A stretch of DNA of 64,000 nucleotides from Eledone cirrhosa. Its lineage: Eukaryota. Below the pieces are notes generated by a model, which was given only the letters and a program-made list of their open reading frames with translations, did no database searches and was not told the origin of the DNA. The stretch covers positions 18,662,001 through 18,726,000 of the forward strand of contig OZ024755.1 of the NCBI GenBank assembly GCA_964016885.1, in the 5' to 3' direction. Of the stretch, positions 53,291 to 64,000 are shown in pieces. Numbering within the stretch: the first letter of the stretch is position 1; every line of letters begins with the position of its first letter. Both the position numbers and the translations under genes were made by a program.

Positions 53291-53630
53291 TGGAGGCACA
53301 TGGCTTAGTGGTTAGAGCATTGGCCTTGCAATCGAAAGGTTGTGAGTTCAATTCTCAGACCGGGTGATGTGTTGTTTCCTTGAGCAAGGCACTTTATTTC
53401 ACATTGCTCCAGTTTACTCAGCTGTAGAAATGAGATGATAGGGACTGGGGTCCCTATCATTCCACTGCAAAGTGGTCGTGGAGGTGCCACGGCAAAAAAG
53501 CACCCAGCCCACACTGTAAATGAGGTTGGTGTTAGGAAGGGCATCCAGCTGTAGAAATCAAGCCAGAATCAGTTCCCGTCCCACCCTTGCAAGCAGGGAA
53601 AAGTGGACGTAAAATGAAATGATGATGATG
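53291..53630 (+). mobile_element. SINE family A, full length
   Basis: Family match. Confidence 0.9.
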
Positions 53631-53635
53631 ACATA

Positions 53636-53716
53636 TAAAAATGAGAAAACTCATGTCTAGTACAGCCGTTAAAACAGCTAAAACGGCTGTTCTAGCGGTT
53701 AGCTTTCTCATTTTTA
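53636..53716. repeat. Imperfect palindrome, ~35-bp arms
   Basis: TAAAAATGAGAAAACT..CTAGTACAGCCGTT pairs with AACGGCTGTTCTAG..AGCTTTCTCATTTTTA. Confidence 0.75.
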
Positions 53717-53827
53717 AATCTCTATGAATATTCATATACACTCTCACTTCATCTCGATCAGATATAACATTCTTTTATATATAAATATATATAAAAACAT
53801 ACATACACAAACACACATATATAAAAT

Positions 53828-54575
53828 ATCTTCTTTGCCCAGTTATTCCTGAGAAGGGTCGTAGGGGGAAAGAGTCCTCGAAAACTCCTTCCAGAGGGTC
53901 CTGTCAGAAGCAACAGTCTCCAACTGATCCAGCTGGCTGGATCCCCTAACGAGACCAGCCAAGCTCATGGATGTTATCCAACCATCTCGCTCGGGGTCTT
54001 CTACCCCTGGGTCTCCTGCCGGTTGGTTTTGCCCGTAAAATCTGTCCAGCGATTCTTTCCTGCTACACACACTATCTAGTAACGTAGTAACGTTACTCCA
54101 AAGACCCTTCGGAGGGACCTCATTTCAGCCGCTTGTATTCGTCATCGTATTCTTTCGGTCATTATCCAAATTTCCTGACCACAGGTAAGGGTTGGCACGA
54201 ATACCGATTTGAAAATAGCGGATTTGGCTTTTACGCCTATCTCCTTTCTGATTACTGAAAGCTGGTGCATTACTGCACCAGCTCCTGCAACTCATGCACT
54301 TAATTCAGCCTCCTGCTTTCCATCACCCGTGAACGCGAGACCCCGAGATACTTGAACTTCTCCACCTGCTTCAGTGGAACTCCATTCACATGTAGAGTGC
54401 ACTGCACAGGATTCTTTGAGAGGACAAGCATCTCAGTTTTCGCAACACTGATTCTCATTCCAGCCATGCAGCACTCTGCATCAGATCTATCGAATGCAAG
54501 TCGGAGATCACCTTTTGTCGAGCCAGGTAACACCATGTCGTCTGCAAATTCCAGCCGACTGATTTTATACTTGCC
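53828..54575 (-). mobile_element. Degenerate RTE-clade LINE with RT catalytic region
   Basis: Minus strand LEFADDMVL (YADD-equivalent)...MRISVAKTEMLVLSK...LKQVEKFKYLGV. C-terminal RTE remnants extend to ~53830. Confidence 0.85.
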
Positions 54576-54585
54576 ATAATAAAAG

Positions 54586-54618
<33 letters not shown>

Positions 54619-54791
54619 AGGTAAATATCTCACTGAGTACTAAGTACCCATAGAGATATATAGGGTGTCTATACTATAATTGTTGTTCTATGGTACTAAT
54701 TCGAGATACCAGAACTATAAAAATTGATGAGCAGAACAAACAAACATTAAACAATCCTTTAAATAAATTAAAAAATGATTTAAATATCTAC

Positions 54792-54831
<40 letters not shown>

Positions 54832-54851
54832 TCTAATACATATATATATAT

Positions 54852-55066
54852 ATTAGAAAATAGAATAGCTTTCACTGTATTTTTGACTAAAGGAATTTTA
54901 GCCTGATAATTGGGTTTAGAACCCTCAGATAAATGGAAAAAGATGAGTATTGACGCCATGTACGTCAATACTCATCTTTTTCCATTTATCTGAGGGTTCT
55001 AAACCCCATTATCAGGCTAAAATTCCTTTAGTCAAAAATACGGTGAAAGCTATTCTATTTTCTAAT
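54852..55066. repeat. Near-perfect palindrome, 104-bp arms, 7-nt loop, between (TA)n tracts
   Basis: 54852-54955 versus 54963-55066, 2 mismatches. It produces mirror ORFs 54780-54968(-) and 54950-55159(+). Confidence 0.95.
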
Positions 55067-55097
55067 TTCAAACCTGCTCACTGTTTCAAAACATACT

Positions 55098-55144
<47 letters not shown>

Positions 55145-55186
55145 AATTCAAAATATTAACAAAATAGATATTCTTGTGATCAATTA

Positions 55187-55253
55187 TATTTTATTATACA
55201 TATTTCAGAGGTACTGAGTTAAGTTCAACAGTACGCCCTCATCAGATAAAATA
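55187..55253 (-). ncRNA. Minimal type-I hammerhead ribozyme motif
   Basis: Minus strand: TATTTTAT-CTGATGA-GGGCGTACTGTTGAACTTAACTCAGTACCTCT-GAAA-TATGTA-TA-ATAAAATA. Perfect 8-bp stem I and GTACTG/CAGTAC stem II. Confidence 0.75.
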
Positions 55254-55314
55254 AGATGATGCATGACATACCCTGACATAATAGATGGTTAAGATTCAGT
55301 CATGGTAGTCATCT

Positions 55315-55381
55315 TATTTTATCTGATGAGGACGTACTGTTGAACTTAACTCAGTACCTCAGAAATATGTATAATAAAATA
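55315..55381 (+). ncRNA. Minimal type-I hammerhead ribozyme motif
   Basis: TATTTTAT-CTGATGA-GGACGTACTG...CAGTACCTCA-GAAA-TATGTA-TA-ATAAAATA. Predicted cleavage after 55373. Confidence 0.7.
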
Positions 55382-55775
55382 TAATTGATCACAAGAATAT
55401 CTATTTTGTTTATATTTTGAATTAATATTAATAACTCTGGAAAACATTTTTTTGTTGAGTGCTTCCAATCTATTGTAAAACTCATTCTTTGATGTATTCA
55501 TTGAACCTTGTTTAACTTTTAAATATATATATATATATATATATATATAGATCAGCTTCTACTACAACGTAATATAATATCTGTATACAACAGCTACAAC
55601 GGTACGCGATGGGGCCCACCCACAGCCCCGGCGGACAGAATGGAGAAGGGGTTTCCCCGGAGGACGGCAAGGGAGACGCGCTGGAAATAATAAAATATCT
55701 TCACATATATTTCAGGTTTATCTGGGGATTGGAACGTAACTGGGGGTAGGAGAGAAATGCATAGAAAACAGACAG

Positions 55776-55806
<31 letters not shown>

Positions 55807-55954
55807 CGCATGTGTATCTGGCTTTAACCAAATGGTAAGGGGAATGAGAAGTAGCCCTATTGTCCTGGAATTGTTTGACCTGTTTGAGGAACAGGTCAGA
55901 CATTGGAATAGGGAAGGACTCCAAAGTAACAGGTTAACAAGTCAACATATATAA

Positions 55955-56145
55955 TTGTTTCTACTGTTGGGCACAAGGCCAGCAAATTTACTCAGTACAT
56001 TACTGGTACTTTATTTTATCGAACCCGTAAGGATGAAAGGCAAAGTCAACCTCGGCGGGATTTGAACTCAGATCGTAAAGGGACGTAACTTTATGCTTCA
56101 AAGCATGGCGTCCGACTCTCTACCGATACTACCAATCCACCGCTC
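55955..56145 (-). mobile_element. SINE family B with TSD
   Basis: Family match. TSD TCAACATATATAAT at 55942-55955 and 56147-56160. Confidence 0.9.
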
Positions 56146-56196
56146 TTCAACATATATAATATTACACATACACACACACATATATATATATATACA

Positions 56197-56668
56197 GTAG
56201 GCATCTCTAACAAAATACACCCCCGTCCCACCACCCCCACCCCATCCACACCGCCCCTTTCAATGTAAAGTTATGTTGGTGCCACAAAATCCAGGCCGAA
56301 ACAAATGAGATCGTGTAGGTGTCACGAAAAAAAAACACACAGTCCACGCTGTAATGTGAACGTGTAGGTAACACGGTAAAAACGTCCCAGTCCCACACTG
56401 TAAATGTGGTTGGTGTTAGGAAGGGCATCCAGCTGTAGAAAACCTGCCAGACAGTCCACGCTGTAATGTGGCCGTGTAGGCAACACGGTAAAAAACCTCC
56501 CAGCCCCACACTGTAAATGTGGTTGGTATTAGGAAGGGCATCCAACTGTAGAAAACCTGCCAGACAGTCCTACGCGAGCAAGACAACCACTCTTGCCTCA
56601 AGTGGGAAAACTCCCGTCCAAACCCATGCAAGCATGGAGCACGGACGTTAAACGATGATGATGATGAT
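56197..56668 (+). mobile_element. RTE LINE 3'UTR with internal duplication
   Basis: Reverse-complement homolog of 16250-16625, with an extra ~115-bp repeat and (ATG)n tail. Confidence 0.85.
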
Positions 56669-56858
56669 ATATATATATAATGTAGGAGGTGAGTTTTATT
56701 GTAGCACAATAAAGCAATGAAAATATCGGATAAGTAGCACTCTACAGTTTGTAGGAGTGGAGTATACATAATATAAGATCAATGTTGATTTATAACTTCA
56801 TGTTGATTTATAACTTCACTATTCACAAGTGTTTTTTAACCTTCATATGATGTATCCC

Positions 56859-56929
56859 TATTTTATCTGATGAAAACGCAGATGTCATATCATGATGATA
56901 TTTGTTTTTGAAATGCGCATAATAAAATA
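56859..56929 (+). ncRNA. Minimal type-I hammerhead ribozyme motif
   Basis: TATTTTAT-CTGATGA-AAACGCAGATGTCAT...ATGATATTTGTTTTT-GAAA-TGCGCA-TA-ATAAAATA. The host element ~56800-56965 is homologous to 12736-12920(-). Confidence 0.75.
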
Positions 56930-57214
56930 CTTGGAACTCTTTTAACCATCTTTTGATCTTATATTGTATATATATATATCTTTTCCTACGTTAAATTAAT
57001 ATTTCTTCATTGTACTGTGTCGTTCACTTTGTTATTTCTGTTTACCTTTTGCATATGTGTGTGTGTATGTGTGTATGTGTGTGTGTGTGTGTGTATGTGT
57101 GTGTATGTGTCTGTATGTGTGTGTAAATGGGAGAGAGAGAGAGCGTGTGTGTATTGTAGTTGACATGTATAAATATTAACGGGGTGCCACTTTAGTGTGG
57201 GATCTACTCTCACA

Positions 57215-57880
57215 CCACACCAGACTACACCACACTACACACTACACCACACTAAACTACACTACACTACACACCACACTACACTACACCACACTACACC
57301 ACACCACACTACACCACACAACACTACACCACACTACACCACACCACACTACACTACACTACACCACACTACACACTACACCACACTAAACTACACTACA
57401 CACCACACTACACTACACCACACTACACCACACCACACTACACCACACAACACTACACCACACTACACCACACCACACTACACTACACTACACTACACCA
57501 CACTACACACTACACTACACACTACACCACACTACACTACACTACACTACACTACACCACACCACACTACACTACACTACACCACACTACACACCACACC
57601 ACACTAAACTACACTACACTACACACCACACCACACTAAACTACACTACATACCACACTACACCACACTACACTACACACCACACTACACTACACACCAC
57701 ACTACACTACATCACACCACACCACACTACACACCACACCACACTACACACTACATACTACACTACACACCACACCACACTACACACCACACCACACCAC
57801 ACCACACCACACCATACTACACCACACCACACCACACACCACACCACACCACACTACACACCACACCACACTACACCACC
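57215..57880. repeat. (CACTA/CACCA)n pentanucleotide satellite
   Basis: Directly visible. Confidence 0.9.
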
Positions 57881-58159
57881 GGCTGATACCTCGGTAGAAA
57901 GGTCAGGTCATTACATAGCCCTGACTCTGGACACTGCGGTAGACCAAACGTCTGTGTAGCACTAACTAATGTACACCCCCCCTCTCTCTCTCTCTTGTTC
58001 TCTCTATCTACCTGTCAATAGGTAACCATGTAATTAAATTCCCACCACCCCATACAGGTAATCCAACTATATACTAAAATATCGGGGTTTGTTTTGAATC
58101 CATTGTGATACCTCAAATGAAACTGAGGTCTGATATTAATTTTATAGGTACATGTGAAC

Positions 58160-60920
58160 AGACACACAGACGTCCACGTATGTATATATACACCCAGACG
58201 TCCACGTATGTATATATACACCCAGACGTCCACGTATGTATACACTCAGACATCCATGTATGCATATACAAAGACATCCACGTATGTATATATACACCCA
58301 GACATTCATGTATACACCCAGGCATTCATGTATGAATACACTCAGACATCCACGTATGTATATATACACTCAGACATCCATGTATGTATACACCCAAACA
58401 TCCATGTATGTATACACCCAGACATCCATGTATGTATACACTCAGACATCCATGTATGTATACACCCAGACATCCATGTATGTATACACCCAGACATCCA
58501 TGTATGTATACACCCAGACATCCATGTATGTATACACTCAGACATCCACGTATGTATACACCCAGACATCCACGTATGTATACACTCAGACATCCATGTA
58601 TGCATATATACACCCAGACATTCACGTATGTATACACTCAGACATCCATGTATGTATATATACACCCAGACATTCACGTATGTATACACTCAGACATCCA
58701 TGTATGTATACACTCAGACATCCACGTATGTATATATACACCCAGACATCCATGTATGCATATACACAGACATCCACGTATGTATACACTCAGACATCCA
58801 TGTATGTATACACTCAGACATCCACGTATGTATATATACACCCAGACATCCACGTATGTATACACTCAGACATCCACGTATGTATACACTCAGACATCCA
58901 TGTATGCATACACACAGACATCCACGTATGTATACACATGTCTGTGTGTATACATACGTGGATGTGTATACATCCACGTATGTATATACACACACATCTA
59001 CACACGCACAGAGACATCCACGTATGTATACACATACAGATACCCAAACACACCCAGACAACCGTGAACACACACACACACACACACACGCATATGCAAA
59101 AACAAAGACACCCAGACATCCAAACATACATACACATATACACATATACACACATGCATACTCATACACATACATCTACACACACACACACACACACACA
59201 ACCAAACGTACCCCCACACACACCTTAGACACACACACACACACGCATATGCAAAAACAAAGACACCCAGACATCCAAACATGCATACACATATACACAT
59301 GCATATTCATACACATACATATACACACACACACAACCAAACGCACCTACACACAACCAAACGCACCCGCACACACACAAAGTCAGGAGAGTACACAACA
59401 TCTACACACACACAACCAAACGCACCCCACACAAAGTCAGGAGAGTACACAACATCTACACACACACACACAACCAAACGCACCCCCACTCACACCTTAG
59501 ACACACACACAAAGTCAGGAGAGTACACATCTACACACACACACACAACCAAACGCACCCCCCACACACAGAGTCAGGAGAGTACACAACATCTACACAC
59601 ACACACACAACCAAACGCACCCCCCACACACAGAGTCAGGAGAGTACACAACATCTACACACACACACACACACAACCAAACGCACCCGCACACACACAA
59701 AGTCAGGAGAGTACACAACATCTACACACACACAACCAAACGCACCCCACACAAAGTCAGGAGAGTACACAACATCTACACACACACACACAACCAAACG
59801 CACCCCCACTCACACCTTAGACACACACACAAAGTCAGGAGAGTACACATCTACACACACACACACAAAGCCAGGAGAGTACACATCTACACACACCCCC
59901 ACACACACAAAGTCAGGAGAGTACACATCTATACACACAAAGTCAGGAGAGTACACATCTACACACACACACACAAAGCCAGGAGAGTACACATCTACAC
60001 ACACCCCCACACACACAAAGTCAGGAGAGTACACATCTACACACACAAAGTCAGGAGAGTACACATCTACACACACACACACACAAAGTCAGGAGAGTAC
60101 ACATCTACACACACAAAGTCAGGAGAGTACACATCTACACACACAAAGCCAGGAGAGTACACATCTACACACACAAAGCCAGGAGAGTACACATCTACAC
60201 ACACAAAGTCAGGAGAGTACACATCTACACACACAAAGTCAGGAGAGTACACATCTACACACACAAAGCCAGGAGAGTACACATCTACACACACAAAGCC
60301 AGGAGAGTACACATCTACACACACACAAAGTCAGGAGAGTACACATCTACACACACAAAGTCAGGAGAGTACACATCTACACACACAAAGCCAGGAGAGT
60401 ACACACCTTTCCAGGTCCACTGATAGACGGTTTAATCTCTATGAAGTTATGGAATTTAATAATATTTTTATTAAAACTTTCAGGAAGGTTCTACAATCGT
60501 TGCGTCCGTGTATGTGTATGTGTGCATGTGTATGCGTATGTCTCCTCCGTGCATGTGTGTGTGCATGTGCATGTGTATGTGTGCATGTGTATGCGTATGT
60601 CTCCTCCGTGCATGTGTGTGTGCATGTGTATGTGCATGTGTATGTGTGCATGTGTATGCGCATGTCTCCTCCGTGCATGTGTATGTGTATGTGCATGTGT
60701 ATGAGCATGTGTATGTGTATGTCTCCTCCGTGCATGTGTATGTGTGTGTGCATGTGTATGTGCATGTGCATGTGTATGAGCATGTGTATGTGTATGTCTC
60801 CTCCGTGCATGTGTATGTGCATGTCTCCTCCGTGCATGTGTATGTGTATGTGCATGTGCATGTATGTGCATGTCTCCTCCGTGCATGTGTATGTGTGTGT
60901 GCATGTGTATGTGTATGTCT
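58160..60920. repeat. Cluster of minisatellites
   Basis: ~24-bp CACCCAGACATCCATGTATGTATA (58160-59030), ~30-bp AAAGTCAGGAGAGTACACATCTACACACAC (59375-60406) and a TCTCCTCCGTGCATGT-containing array (60505-60920). These explain the 448-aa and neighbouring ORFs. Confidence 0.9.
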
Positions 60921-61321
60921 CCTTGATAAATGTAGCACTGGGTGGCTACCCTACTAATTAAAAACCATTAATCTGAATACCTAAATATGGAATGTTACGC
61001 GATTGAACCCCACCCCACCCCACCACACACACACACACACACACACACAGCCTCGGGGGGACAGGATGGAGAAGGCGTTCCCGTAAGGACTAGTGAGATT
61101 AAACAGGGTGGACTCTGCTAACATCACACAACTTGGCACCCAAGGACCGGGTAGTGAGGTTCGACCGGGTAACTACCCGATTATGTCTATCATCCAACTT
61201 CGGTGTGTTGGTACACATGGCACGTGCGTGTTTTTTTAGGGGGGGTGGGGGTACATATGACGTGTGGGTGTGGGGGTGAGGGGATACATATAGCTCGTGT
61301 GTGTGAGAGTACATATGACAC

Positions 61322-61488
61322 CAGCGTAGTCTTAACAGCATTATAGCCCCCCCCCCCCCCGGGGCAAAGCAGAGCATTGGGGCCCCTACCTACACAACCA
61401 CTCACAGGAATACAAATACAAATTGGCCTCCTATCCTCGTGGGGCCCCGGGCAACTGCCCGGCGTGCCCATGCGTTAAGACGGCCCTG
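61322..61488. mobile_element. hAT-like MITE
   Basis: Ends CAGCGTAGTCTTAAC and GTTAAGACGGCCCTG. Imperfect 8-bp TSD TATGACAC/TATAGCAC. Confidence 0.55.
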
Positions 61489-61905
61489 TATAGCACTTGT
61501 GTGTGTGTTGGGGTACACAAGGCGGGTGTGTGTTGGGGTACACAAGACGTGTGTGTGTGAGGATACATATAGCACGTGTGTGTGTAGGGGGTACACATGA
61601 AGTGTGTGTGTGTGTTGGGGTGTACACATGACGTGTGTGGGGTGTGTGTGTAGGGGGTACACATGACGTGTGCGTGTGTGTTGGGGGTACACATGACGTG
61701 TGTGTGTGGGGTGTACACATGGTGTGTGTGCGTGTGTGTGTTGGGGGTACACATCGCATGTGTCTATGTGTGTGCGTTTACATGCAAACACTTCCAACAA
61801 TTTATTTTTAAAGACAAACCTTCCACTTTTCCTACAAAAATGGAAGAAATGGAAGAAATGTAATATTTAATATTTAATAGGTGCTTGGAGGGCACGTTCA
61901 CTCAC

Positions 61906-61992
61906 CTGGCTAGCCTGAACGAAGAGGTAACATGCAAACCCCATCCCCAGCAAAAAGATTCCAGGTTCTAGAAGGACGTCCAAGTCAAACAT
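61906..61992 (-). CDS. Candidate first coding exon (signal peptide) of a secreted or membrane protein
   Basis: Minus strand: an in-frame upstream TAA, then ATG...MFDLDVLLEPGIFLLGMGFACYLFVQASQ ending at a strong donor CAG|GTGAGT. Unique non-repeat sequence with a hydrophobic core and an AxQ-like end. No homology could be checked. Confidence 0.4.
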
Positions 61993-62908
61993 ATCATGAC
62001 CATATCCTTAACACGGGCCACTGAAGACTTAGTTGGTATATCCAGTCAGATACAGTAAATAAATCTGACTATGGTGGAAACCGAAGTGATTACACCCTCT
62101 CCAGGCGGGGGTTGAAAACAAATTGTTGATCACGATATAAAATCAATTAAGAAATTAAAAGTAACTAAAAATAAACTTAGTGTGGGATTCATTTTTTTTT
62201 TTTTTTTTTGTTTAAGTTCACACTAAACCAATATTTTAAAATAAATAAATATATATATATTCCGTTGACTGTGTGTGTGTGTATATATATGCGTGTGTAT
62301 GTATATTCCTGGGAGTCGAACTATAAATTTCTTTTTAGTAAATCCATAATTTTTTGGGGGGGAGAAAAAAGACAGTTGTAAATTATATCCAGGGAAAAGA
62401 CGAAGAAAAATAACAAGAGAAAGATCGCAGCATTTCTATTAATGTATAATAACCCATATGGCAGTTGTACAGTTAGAATACTCGGGTGGTTTCTATCTCT
62501 ACTATTATTGTTGTGATTTCCCCCACCTCCTCTCTCTCTCTCTCTCTCTCTCTCTTCCCTTGTGTAGTTTTGTTGTTGTTTTTTTTTATTTTTTTTTAAA
62601 GCTTAGTACATCAGGTAATTTCCAATTTCAAACAAACCGGCGCAAACACGGCAATAAAATAATCCCTGGGGTACTTCCAATGAATTCTGTATCCATTAAG
62701 GAATGGACACAACAAACAACCGACACGAAAGAAAGAAAGAATGAAAGCAACAAAGAAATCAAAGTAAATGCAGCAGGCAGAACGGCTAAAGGAATGTCAC
62801 AGGCAGACTTGTCTCACTCTGTATTATTCCATCTCTCTCACTCTCTCTCTCTGCCTTACGCTCATCCTGTCTCACTTTGTCTTACTCTATCTCTCTGTGT
62901 GTTTTACT

Positions 62909-62946
<38 letters not shown>

Positions 62947-63134
62947 GTTTTACTCTGTTTCTCTCTCTCTCTCTCACTGTGCCTTACTCTGTCTTACTCT
63001 CTCTCTGTCTCTCTCACCCCGACTCCTCTTAAATGAATGGACTGTTTTTGATGTCAACTAGAAGAACAGGTAGTTTAGGACGAAATTTTTTCTCTCTCCC
63101 GACTTCCTCGACTCAAATGCTGCTGCTGCTGTCG

Positions 63135-63480
63135 ATACTACTACCACCACCACAATTATTACTATTCCTACTACTACTACCACCACCACCACCACTACAA
63201 CAATTATTACTATTCCTACTACTACTACCACCACCACTACAAACATTATTACTATTCCTACTACTACTACTACCACGACAATTATTACTATTCCTACTAA
63301 CACCACCACTACAATTATTACTATTCCTACTAACACCACCACTACCACCACGACAATTATTACTATTCCTACTAACACCACCACTACCACCACTACAATT
63401 ATTACTATTCCTACCACCACCACGACTACTGCCACAATTACTACTACTACTACCACCACCACCACCACAACTACCGTTGT
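63135..63480. repeat. Trinucleotide-derived minisatellite (ACTACC/ACAATTATTACTATTCCT)
   Basis: Directly visible. Explains the poly-Val and Leu/Pro ORFs. Confidence 0.85.
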
Positions 63481-64000
63481 AATTACATTAGCTCCCTCAT
63501 ACCTGTACTACTACTACTACTGTTGCAACTGTTTACTATAGCAACTGGACTGCTTGCTGTAAAAACGTTCTTTTACAATAAATTTGTTCATTCTGCCCTG
63601 ATTAGCAATATATAATACACTCTCTACTCTACCACAGTGTAGACAACTACAAAAACTAATTTGAAAGTAACCGGCACAACATGACATGCTATGCCATGCC
63701 ATGCCATGCCTTCCTTTGGCATGGCATTGTATGAAGTCTTGTAATTCCATTCCTAATCAAAAGAAGCTGAAGTTTACCATTCCTTAGAAAGATAGCTTTT
63801 GTACAAAAAATACCCAGCTGCATATGTCCTGTTTAGAATAGGTACACTGTATCCTTGTGTGCTGTTATGAAGGGCTTAAGCGGAACTGTCGGGAAGGGCA
63901 TCCGGCTGTAAAACATTGCTGCGAAAAAGTCCCTCATCCAACCCATGCCGACAATGGAAAAGTCGACATAAAAATAATTATGTGTGTGTGTGTGTGTGTG

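Larger units (their letters stand above)
55143..55425. mobile_element. Inverted (head-to-head) pair of hammerhead-bearing elements
   Basis: 117-bp arms 55143-55259 and 55309-55425, 49-nt spacer. The left end abuts (TA)n. Confidence 0.85.

Noticed and set aside
53291-53365. tRNA gene
   Set aside because: It is the tRNA-like head of SINE A, continuing into the SINE body without a proper acceptor stem or terminator.
58154-59500. 448-aa ORF and overlapping long ORFs
   Set aside because: These are translations of minisatellites that stay open in several frames on both strands, with no domain content.

Overview
This is AT-rich, microsatellite-dense eukaryotic DNA. Its SINE, LINE and MITE content is most consistent with a coleoid cephalopod (octopus-like) genome; that assignment is an inference. 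Nearly all ORFs in the supplied track are translations of simple repeats or SINEs. Supported content: two abundant tRNA-derived SINE families, decayed RTE-clade LINE fragments, an R4/Dong-like RT fragment, piggyBac-, Tc1/mariner- and hAT-like MITEs, a probable non-autonomous Helitron, a processed 5S rRNA copy and many minisatellites. One plausible signal-peptide first exon (minus strand, 61906-61992) would make most of the window intronic. The most notable signal is a set of six minimal type-I hammerhead ribozyme motifs (TATTTTAT-CTGANGA-stem II-GAAA-palindrome-TA-ATAAAATA) inside short (TA)n-anchored elements. Two of these elements are inverted pairs. A further series of long DNA palindromes is present, several folded exactly on hammerhead stem II or stem III. 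Together these suggest a Penelope-like, ribozyme-bearing, palindrome-generating non-autonomous retroelement system.
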